Source: Octopus vulgaris (taxonomy: Eukaryota). From it: a stretch of DNA of 64,000 nt. The position numbers and the translations under genes were made by a program. Of this stretch, positions 53,451 through 64,000 are shown in pieces; positions within the stretch are counted from its first letter, which is position 1; each line of letters starts with the position of its first letter. The notes under the pieces were generated by a model that was given only the letters and a program-made list of their open reading frames with translations, was not told the DNA's origin and did no database searches. The DNA lies in contig OX597815.1 in the NCBI GenBank assembly GCA_951406725.2, positions 190,650,001 to 190,714,000 of the forward strand. Reading direction: 5' to 3'.

Positions 53451-54377
53451 GAATAAAAGAAAATAAACAGAGAAAGAATGAATATTTAGAAAGAGGGCAC
53501 GTAAAAAGCACCAACCGATCGTGGCCGCTGCCAGCCTCCCCTGACACCTGTGTCAGTGGCACATAAAAAGCACCCACTACACTCTCGGAGTGGTTGGCAT
53601 TAGGAAGGGCATCCAGCTGTAGAAACACTGCCAGATCAGACTGGAGCCTGGTGCAGCCTCCTGGCTTCCCAGACCCTGGTCGAACCGTCCAACCCGTGCT
53701 AGCACGGAAAACGGACGTTAAACGATGATGATGATGATATACATATTTGACAGGCTTCTTTCAGTTTCCATCAACCAAATCCACTTACAAGGCCTCAGTA
53801 GGTCCAAGGCTATAATAGAAGACATTTACCTAAAGTCTGTCACTCAGTGAGACTGATCCTAGAACCGTGTGGTTGAGAAGCGAAACTTCTTACCACATGG
53901 CCATACCTGTATACTATAAAGCTGAAACATTATTACACTTTTAAGTATTATGTGTGGCTGATATATTATTTATAGATGTTGTGACTGGTGTAGTTTGCTA
54001 CTTGAATTTGGCTCCGCACAGTCGTATGTTAATGTCTATTTAGTTGTTTTTCTCCCCATAGATGATTTGTGTTCACAATTTTCTGTAGATTTCTTTACAT
54101 GGTGCTCAGTTTGAGTAAGGAAATCTTCCATATTAGAATTTTACCATTGTCATTTTATACCTATGTGAATATGAGAACATTCACTTTCTATATAAAACTA
54201 GTATCATCATTAATGTAGACAAATGTGATATATTTGTTATATTTTAACAGAAGATTTATGTCTAGAAATTAAGTTATTATCCCTAGCAGTTATATTTATC
54301 TGTAGTTCTCGATAATAAATTGTAGTTTTCTATTTTCTTTCATAGACTTGACATCTTCCAGTGTTCCATTAAAATAA

Positions 54378-54676
54378 GTATATCATCTACATGCCGTCAA
54401 TATATCAAACATTAATCTCCAGAGAACAGCAATCATTTGCGAAAGTTGTTCACTTAAGCAGTGGGTGTCAATGTAAGAACTTCAGTGATGAGGCATATAC
54501 ACAGATTTAACAGCAAACAAGGAAATATACAAGGAAAAGGGGCAGCCATCTGCATCCATATTACTGGAGATGTGACCAACGTCTTCATGGTTTGGATGGA
54601 CAGAAAACTTACAAAGTACTTAGGAGAAAAACTGATAACTTTTATCCTGTAAAGGAGATATTTAGAGAACATAAAT
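54378..54676 (+). pseudogene. Decayed Penelope-like reverse transcriptase fragment (motifs ~3-5)
   Basis: VYHLHAVNISNI / VMRHIHRFN..QGKGAAICIHITGDVTNVFMVWMDRKL..IL*RRYLENIN, compared from memory with PLE SLDA..LYPNI, H.Y.F..Y.Q..GGAIG..LTG..A..FM.WWD and LY.RYVDDIN. Confidence 0.7.
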
Positions 54677-55245
54677 CATCATCATCATCGTCATCATCAT
54701 CATCATCATCGTTTAACATCCGTTTTCTGTGACAGCACGGGTTGGACGATTCGACAGGGGTCTGGGAAGCCAGGAAGCTGCACCAGGCTCTAGTCTGATC
54801 TGGCAATGTTTCCACAGCTGGATGCCCTTCCTAATGCCAACCACTCTGTGAGTGTAGTGGGTGCTTTTTACATGCCACCGGCATGAAAGCCAGTCAAGGT
54901 GGCACTGGCATTGGCCACATTCGGATGGTGCTTTTTAGGTGCCACCGGCATGGAAGCCAGTCAAGGTGGCACTGGCATTGGCCACATTCGGATGGTGCTT
55001 TTTACGTGCCACCGGCATGGAAGCCAGTCAAGGTGGCACTGGCATTGGCCACATTCGGATGGTGCTTTTTACGTGCCACCGGCATGGAAGCCAGTCAAGG
55101 TGGCACTGGCATTGGCCACATTCGGATAGTGCTTTTTACGTGCCACCGGCATGGAAGCCAGTCAAGGTGGCACTGGCATTGGCCACATTCGGATGGTGCT
55201 TTTTACGTGCCACCGGCACAGGTAACACAACTACAATTTCCATTT
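54676..55245 (-). mobile_element. Family C repeat with five near-identical 67-bp internal units
   Basis: GCCACCGGCA starts at 54874, 54941, 55008, 55075, 55142, 55209. Confidence 0.9.
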
Positions 55246-55422
55246 GATCTTATAGAATAAAGATTGTTTGCCAACATAACATGGCAGTCCTAGTTTAGGA
55301 TGAATGTTGCTGTAATTTAGCCCCAGGAGACATCGTCTCCAGCTGGCTATACGACACGATCTGTGTCCTTACATTTTCGAACAAGGGAATCTAGCAAACT
55401 CACTCAGCTCAAAACAATATCT

Positions 55423-55466
55423 GTGTATTGCGATTTCCAGGTTATGTCCCTTCATCAGGGATGCAC
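55423..55466 (-). ncRNA. Degenerate hammerhead-like motif in PLE-like fragment (~55260-55470)
   Basis: Minus strand GTGCATCC-CTGATGA-AGG gacataa CCT-G-GAAA-TCGCA-ATACAC; stems I and III imperfect. Confidence 0.4.
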
Positions 55467-58019
55467 AATGAGACATCCTGCTCAGGAAATGAATGTGCAA
55501 GTGGCTGAGCACTCCACAGGCATGCATACCTTTAATGTATAGTAGATCTCAGGGAGATTCAACGTGACACAGAATGTGACAAGGCTGGCCCTTTGAAACA
55601 CAGGTCCAACTCATTTTTACTAGCTGAGTAGAGTGGAGCAAAGTGAAATAAAGTGACTTGCTCAAGGACACAATGCATCACCAGATATTGAACTCTTGAC
55701 CTTACGATCATGAGCTGAACACCTCTAACCACTGAGCCATGCACCTTCACACACACATATGGTCTTGTTATTTGCAAATTCCCCTTATACATACACCATC
55801 ACACACACACACACATGCACACATGCACATACACATACATGCATACACACATACACATGCACACAAATCTCCAACTGTGTAAATACAGTAACAAAGGCAC
55901 GGAATCAATGGTCCAGACCTGAGATAACGAGGGTATGTCATTGATGAAGTCACAAATGGCAAGAAAAGGACTCTGATAAACCAGTTGATCAATAGCTTGC
56001 CAAATGATCACTCAACCAATCAATCAGTTAAGTGATTAACTATCATCATCATCATCGTTTAACGTCCGTTTTCCATGCTAGCATGGGTTGGAGAGTTCAA
56101 CCGGGGTCTGGGAAGCCAGGAGGCTGAACCAGGCCCAGTCTGATCTGGCAGTGTTTCTACAGCTGGATGCCCTTCCTAATGCCAACCACTCTGACAGTGT
56201 AGTGGATGCTTTTACGTGCCACCAGCACAGAGGCCAGAGAAGGCTGGCAAACAGACATGATTGGTTGGTGATTTTTACATGTCACCAACACGGACACCAG
56301 TCAGGCAGCGCAGGACACCATGACTAATTATAATAAAAACAAGTTAAATACAACCAGTGTGTGTGTCATTTATTGGCAAAATGATCATCCCAAGATACAC
56401 AACATGTGTTTCATTTCACATCTTCATATCAAGACCAATGCAAAGCAAATACAAAAGCATAGACACTTCTCTTGGCCCTACTCCTTCTTTCAACAAAGTG
56501 GTCTATGTCTTGCAAGTTACTTGGTGACCCTGTTGATGCTGGTGCCACATAAAATGCACATGTGCAGGTGCCATGTAAAAAGCACCAAGTACACTCTGTA
56601 AAGTGGTTAATGTTAGGAAGGGCATCCAGCTGTAGAAACCATGCCAAAACAGACGATAGTACTCAGGGTGACCTTGTGTGCCTCCCACCCCCGCCAGCCA
56701 TACCAGCTCCTGTCAAACTGTCCAACCCATGCTAGCATGGAAAATGGATATTAAAATGACGACGGTGATGATGATGATGATGATGAGAAAGAGAGAGTGT
56801 TTCACACACAAACACTTATGTCTATAGTTATTTACTTCAATGTCCCCTTAATGGCACTTGTGCTGGTGGCACATGAAAAAACATTTGAATGAGGTTGTTG
56901 CCAGTGCCGCTGGATTTGCTCCTGTGCCGGTGGCATGTAAAAAACACCATTTGTGCGTGGCCGTTGCTAGTACTGCCTGGCTTGCCCTCGTGCCAGTGAC
57001 ACGTAAAAGCACCCACTACACTCTCGGAGTGGTTAGCGTTAGGAAGGGCATCCAGCTGTAGAAACTCTGCCAGATCAGATTGGAGCCTGGTGCAGCCATC
57101 TGGTTCGCCAGACCTCAGTCAAATCGTCTAACCCATGCCAGCATGGAAAGCGGACATTAAACAATGATGATGATAGATATATTTATACCTACATTGCACA
57201 TGTATAAATGGGTATGCATGTGTTTGTAAATATGCATTTAGACATAATGTGTATATTATATATATATAACATGTAATATATACATTATATATATTCATGC
57301 ATATATGTGATGCGATCTCATGATTTATGCAGTAATGTCATCTGCATTGTATTGTTGAAATAAATTGCATATTTGTTTCTTTTTTATTTTTCATGGCTAA
57401 TGTGGTTTATTGTGTTTCGAAAAAAATATAAAGTAATTGTTAACTTTGAATGAATGTTAATTTTCCAATAACATATTACAATATTCTTGGGGAGCCAGCC
57501 AGACAGATATGCTTCTCAATGTTTAAAGAAACTTGTATTGATTTTAACCATTATAGACCAACCACAAAAACTCAAACATCTCCAGTTTAATATTATGCTG
57601 GACAAATGGTAGAAGTAATTGATTATATCATGGAGATTTTTAAAAAGATTTCCCCAACTTTATCTCGCCCAACAAGTTTGGGAATAAATTTAACATTTAT
57701 TCATGTAGCATTTAATCAATTATTTATCTTGTATCAGCTCTTCGGTGTTAGCTAGCTGGCATGTACAGTTGTGCGGTTTAGGCTTATTTATGTTTGAATT
57801 ATTTGAAGTAATGTTTTACACTTGGAAAATATTTGTAATATTTATTCAAATATTGTTTGGATTCTGAAGCATTAACAGACATGTGAGATAAATCTCCTCT
57901 CCTACTCTATCAGCATACAATAGGATGCCAGTCTATTGCAAGTAATATTACAAAGAGCTCTCATAGTTGTTCTGTCCAGCTTGGTGAACACTGGCAGAAA
58001 AAAGTCGTAAGTAGTGTCA

Positions 58020-58560
58020 CAAGCTGGGTATGTTTGGTACCAGGTAAGTGTGGCTGGATTGTTGCAATTTTTTTGTAAAAGAAGGAATATCTGTAAGAAA
58101 TCTCTTAAGACGAGTTACATAATCATTAACATCTCCATTAAAAGAATCGGTTTCTTCAAACATTTAACCAGGTAGAGTTAATGTTGTTCCGTACAAGAGT
58201 TCAGCAGGAGAATATTGTAAATTTTCTTTAACAGCACTTCTAATTCCTAACAATACCACTGGTAAGGCTTCTAACCAACTGTTAGAATCAGAATAAGTTC
58301 TTCATGAAAATTTCAACTGCCTATGAAACCTTTCTATCATGCCGTTAGATTGTGGGTGATATGAAGTTGTACGAATTCTATTAATCCCCAACAACTTATT
58401 GAATTCTGCGAAAAGGCTAGACTCAAATTGTCTACCACGATCTGTTGTCACTGTGTTTGGTATGCCAAATCTAGACATCCAATTGGTAAATAAGGTTTTC
58501 GCTATAGTTACTGCAGGATCAAGAAGGAAAGGTTCTACCCAGATGGCTGGGTGTCTGTCC
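58020..58560 (-). pseudogene. Gypsy LTR-retrotransposon integrase core fragment
   Basis: WMSRFGIPNTVTTDRGRQFES..RTTSYHPQSNGMIERFHRQLK*..WLEALPVVLLGIR..SPAELLYGTTLTLPG*. Confidence 0.92.
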
Positions 58561-58762
58561 TTCAACATGATCCATATGTAATATTTTTTAAACATGTCTC
58601 CGTAAAATTCATTGTTTATAATCTCATCCGTAATTTCATTTGAAATTTTTAACCGTGTAAAGCTACTTCACCCTTCATGTTTGTCTGTCCTTGTTTGTCC
58701 CCTCTTTGTAAATGCCTAAATAGCAAATTATATGAAATAAAGTAGTGTCACAATAAAATACT

Positions 58763-58992
58763 TATTTTTTTACTACCCACAAGGGGCTAAACACAGAGAG
58801 GACAAACAAGGACAGACAAACGGATTAAGTCAATTATATTGACCCCAGTGCATAACTGGTACTTAATTTATTGACCCCGAAAGGATGAAAGGCAAAGTCG
58901 ACCTTGGTGGAATTTGAACTCAGAATGAAGCGGCAGACGAAAATAGCGCTAACCATTTCGCCCGGCGTGTTAACGTTTCTGCCAGCTCACCA
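58763..58992 (-). mobile_element. SINE family B monomer
   Basis: TSD TCACAATAAAATACT (58748-58762, 58993-59007). Confidence 0.88.
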
Positions 58993-59046
58993 TCACAATA
59001 AAATACTAGCTGTAACATGGAGGAGCTGTTTTACCCATTTAAAATA

Positions 59047-59540
59047 TGCCATATTCTGAACGCCTTACTTTCCTGGGCATGGACACATTGAAACTCCGAC
59101 ATCTGGCAGCTGACTTGGCAGACACCCATAAAATTATCAACCATCTTACAAACAATAACTCTGAGCACCTTTTCAAACTCCACCTGTCTAACACCCGTGG
59201 ACATGTTTACAAAGTCAGAAAACAGCACAGCTCCCATGACTTTTGGAAACATTTTTTCAGGCTAAGAGTTACTGAAGCATGGAACAGACTACCGGCATCA
59301 GTTGTTAGTTGTTGGAGCACTGCATCCTTCAAAACTTCCATGCTTCCTGATATTCGCCAACACTACACCTGATTTTCTCCCCTTCATACACACACAAGTG
59401 TGTATCTGACTCATACACTGTTCACTTTCCAGACATTTGTACATTACTGCATATGCTTTATATGCACTTTTTGACAAGTGTGGTGCACTTGAGCACTGTA
59501 TACAATAATTTCATTATTATATTATTATTATTATCATTAT
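59047..59540 (+). mobile_element. CR1-type LINE 3' fragment
   Basis: Near-identical to 24792-25260; (ATT)n tail. Confidence 0.9.
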
Positions 59541-60394
59541 TACAAAATTATTAAATTCACTGTTTCACATCCTGCTTATTTTCAGCATTTCTCTTGAGGT
59601 GTTGAAATTTTTACCACACGGTTGCATTCTGGTCACAGTGACACAATTCCAGTGAAACTCACTGGTCATTGACACTGTTTCCCTAAGAAAGCAGAAAGTG
59701 ACAAGCCCACACTTATTTGTATTACAAGCCACAGTTGAGTTGGCAGTTATGTCAGTAGACTGATCAGAAAATAAAATAAGAATTAATATATACAGGTAAG
59801 AAACAGTACACAACAATGCCTTGGCTACACTCAGACATACTAGTCAAGACTGATAAGAAGATAAAGACAAACCAAATATAATTATCAAAAACTGGAACAG
59901 AATTCTTTGCACTTTGATAAACATCTTTTCTCCTTCTAACCAAAACATTATCCAGAAGGTGGTTTAAAAAGAAATAAACCACCATAGCAAAAGGGTTTTG
60001 AGATCAAAATAAGCGGGATTTGAAGCATGAAAGTTGAAAACCAAGAATAACAATTAGGGCACAAGGCACAGTAAGGGTTTCAAATTTTTACAACAGCAGC
60101 TTGTGGGAGGGGATTAAGTTGATTACATCAACCCCAGTGGGTAACAGGTTCTTATTTAATCGACCCCAAAAGGATGAAAGGCAAAGTTGACCTCGGTAGA
60201 ATTTGCACTCAAAACATAGCAATGGGTGAAATACTGCTAAGCATTTCGCCACCTTTCAAGTGCTAGCATAGCTAGAGTGAAGGGCTGCCTGCAGCAGCCC
60301 TTCCCTTTGCCACCCCCGGACCCCACAAAAAAAAACCACATATTGCCTACAGCAAACCAAATAATAATAATAGTAATAATGATGATAATAATAA

Positions 60395-60803
60395 CCTGTT
60401 GCCCTAGGTGTCCTAGGAATGATAGCAAAAGGGGCTGATTTCCACCTATCTCAGATACCAGGAAATCCCAAAATGGAAGAAATTCAAAAAATATTGTCTA
60501 TCTAATCCCCAAAACATTTTAATCTGTAAATATTGTCAGAAGTACTTTTAAATGTACTTAATTACAAACACTTTTTACTGCCATCTTAAGTTCACACTAT
60601 CATCTTATAATCAAATTACTTTTAAAACAAACTTCTAATTTTCTTATGTTTTAACAGACATTCTTTACAACAATACTCAGTGCAAAACCAAATATATGGC
60701 ACCCTGGTCATAACACCGACTTGAACTTCTAACTTGTTGTCCCTTGAGGTCTCTGAATGAGACTTGGAGTCAACTTGTGCAAATACAAAGCAAAAGTCAA
60801 ACA
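60395..60803 (+). mobile_element. R4/Dong-like non-LTR retrotransposon 3' fragment, family 3
   Basis: PVALGVLGMIAKGADFHLSQIPGNPKMEEIQKI; AAT tracts on both sides. Confidence 0.7.
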
Positions 60804-60830
60804 TATAATAATAATAATAATAACAATAAT

Positions 60831-60864
<34 letters not shown>

Positions 60865-60878
60865 GCAACAACAACAAC

Positions 60879-60924
<46 letters not shown>

Positions 60925-61135
60925 GTTTCAAATTTTGGCACAAGGCCAGCAAGTTCAGGGAATAGGGTAAGTCAAGTACACCATCTTCAGCATTCGACTG
61001 GTACTTATTCGATTGACCCCAAAAGGATGAATGGCTAAGTCAACCTTGGCAGAGTTTGAACTCAGAATGTAAGGACTGAAGAAATGGTACTGAGCGTTTA
61101 GTCTGGCATGCTAATGATTTTGCCAGCTCACTGTC

Positions 61136-61513
<378 letters not shown>

Positions 61514-62067
61514 ACAGTGTCAAAGCAACCTTGAAGTGAGGAAAAAAATTTATGAACATTAGTCTATGCTAGATAAAGAAACACAGAGACGAGATAATTT
61601 GGCCAGACACAGACATACGAATACTCAGAAAGCAACAAACTAGACAGAATTACAACACACACAAATGAAAGAAAAAGGTTAGGAAGGAATATTATTGATG
61701 TATTAGATATTAATACATAAAACAGAGCTGAAAACACACACAAAAAAAAAAGAAACCTCCCCACCCCCCAAAAAAAGGTGTTCGGCATCAATACATCAAT
61801 ACTATTGTTGACCAGTAATAAGTATTAGTTATAATATTCTAAAGTGACTATTAAATGAATTAGTAAAGACCAGACAGAAAACTAGAAAAATAATGGTTAA
61901 TGGTTGCATTTAGAATACACAATGGTAAAAATCTGACTTAAAAAGATTATATTTACCACAAATCCACTTCTGAGACTGCTTTGCACATATTTACATAAAT
62001 ATATGTGACGACAACATCTGTAAGGTTTGAAAATGCTATTCTAAGGAAATAATAACGAGGGAAATGG

Positions 62068-62113
<46 letters not shown>

Positions 62114-62821
62114 GAAGGTGATAGTGATCCTTATTCTTTATTTATGTTGACCTCCAGTTATCACTAATTGCATGTAACTCCAATTTTACCGCCAATAATA
62201 CGGTGATTGTATAAAAGTAAATTGCGCTACTTCGCCAATAAACTGACAAAATAAATGTAATATGACCACCACATGGATAGACATAATTATTCAAAAGGAG
62301 TTATTTTTAACAGATTCTTTCTCGACAGGATCTATTGGCAAATTTCTTTTAATACCATTTTGTCTTTTTTTTTGGTATAATTTTATATTAAAGAAAAGAA
62401 AAGAAAAAACTACCAAAAAAAAAAAGAAAGAAAATGAAACCGATATCTAAATCTAGCTAAAGTTAATTAAAATTTCAATTATTCCTGCGGTGAGCTTCAG
62501 ACTAACATAATTGACAAGATATATTACATCAAATCGCAATGTCTGTTTTGCAGCAGTTATAGAAATTTTGTTTTGTAATGAAGAATACTATTAAAGGAAG
62601 GTGGGGGATATTTTTAATAATCATATTTGAGTTGCATCTAGCTAAGATCTCAAAATGCTGACAAATGAGCCAAAGCATTAATGGTTCAAATTCCATCTGC
62701 AAGAGTGCAAGCTAAGCTTGGTAAAGATATACAACACTCAAGAAACATGTTTCTCCTTGATGTGAACCACAGAGTTTCTTCTGATAAGTGTTTATGAGGA
62801 TTGCCTGTTAAAGCTGATACA

Positions 62822-63227
62822 CTTTCTTATTTCTTTATTTCCCACAAGGGCTAAACACAGAGAAGACAAACAAGGACAGACAAACAGATTAAGTTGATTA
62901 TATCGACCCCAGTGCGTGACTGGTACTTAATTTATCGACCCTGAAAGGATGAAAGGCAAAGTCGACCTTGGTGGAATTTGAACTCAGAATGTAACGGCAG
63001 ACGAAATACCTATTTCTTTACTACCCACAAGGGGCTAAACACAGAGGGGACGAACAAGGACAGACAAACAGATTAAGTCGATTACATCGACCCCAGTGCG
63101 TAACTGGTACTTAATTTATCAACCCCGAAAGTATGAAAGGCAAAGTCGACCTCGGCAGAATTTGAACTCAGAACGTAACGGCAGACGAAATACCGCTAAG
63201 CATTTCACCCGGTGCACTAATGTTTCT
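62822..63227 (-). mobile_element. SINE family B dimer
   Basis: Same junction as the other dimers (plus strand CGAAATAC|CTATTTCTTT). Confidence 0.88.
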
Positions 63228-63480
63228 TGGCTCAATAAACATTACTAAGTGTGTCTTTCCAAATGCAGACATTACCTTTCGTATATTTTTAACATTAATG
63301 GTCACAAATTGCCCTGCTGAGCATTCATTGTCTCAGTTGAAGGATATTAAAAATTTCATCTAAATAACTGTGCAACAAGGCAGGCTGGATGCGTTATTTT
63401 TACTAAGAAGAGAACCAGATGCGTCACGTAAGATTAATTTTGAAGATCTGTTCAAGGAGAAAACTTTTCAAATATAATTA

Positions 63481-63794
63481 ATGTGGAAGTATACAAAAAT
63501 ATGGAAGTAAACAAAATGTGGAAGTATACAAAATGTGGAAGTATACAAAAATGTGGAAGTATACAAAAATGTGGAAGTATACAAAAACATGGAAGTATAC
63601 AAAATGTGGAAGTATACAAAAATGAGGAAGTATAAAAAATGTGGAAGTATACAAAATGTGGAAGTATACAAAAATGTGGAAGTATACAAAATGTGGAAGT
63701 ATACAAAATGTGGAAGTATACAAAATGTGGAAATATACAAAATGTGGAAGTATACAAAATGTGGAAATATACAAAATGTGGAAGTATACAAAAA
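63481..63794. repeat. 18/19-bp minisatellite (ATGTGGAAGTATACAAA[A])n, ~17 units
   Basis: Direct reading. Confidence 0.95.
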
Positions 63795-64000
63795 TAAACA
63801 TTATTTTCCGTCTTACTCCCAGTTTTGTTTCATTTTGAAAAATAAAAATTTATTTTAAGGTTTATTGTTTATATTCTGGATTACATATATGTGGTGGCAC
63901 TAAAACCTTTTAAGTGCTTAGGGTCTCTATGGGTCTTAATCCAGCCTTAATCAGAGCCATTGAGGGAACCTCTGCATAGATGCTCAATCTGAATGAAATA

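Noticed and set aside
59586-59794. Acceptor/donor-like pair suggesting an exon
   Set aside because: Stops in all three frames and no homology; a non-coding exon cannot be supported
63452-63858. Repetitive ORFs (VEVYKN/YTSTFC) and possible array
   Set aside because: Spacer-less 18/19-bp minisatellite

Overview
AT-rich, repeat-saturated eukaryotic DNA. The tRNA-derived SINEs, RTE/CR1 tails and dense microsatellites look like a coleoid cephalopod (Octopus-like) genome; this is an inference. I can support no intact host protein-coding gene, rRNA, tRNA gene or CRISPR array: almost all listed ORFs are microsatellite or SINE read-throughs. The window holds at least four SINE-type families and fragments of CR1, RTE and R4/Dong-like LINEs. 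It also holds a Gypsy integrase, several Tc1/mariner derivatives, a piggyBac-type MITE, a non-autonomous Helitron and a decayed Helitron Pif1 helicase. The most interesting layer is a set of Penelope-like (PLE) remnants carrying about 7 type I hammerhead-ribozyme motifs. One lies in a retrozyme-like ~1.5-mer direct repeat (2463-3451) whose first copy starts at the predicted cleavage site. Another is a compensatory G3-C8 core variant inside a 257-bp palindrome (42566-42822). A decayed PLE reverse transcriptase lies at 54378-54676. Coordinates were read by eye and may be off by a few bases.
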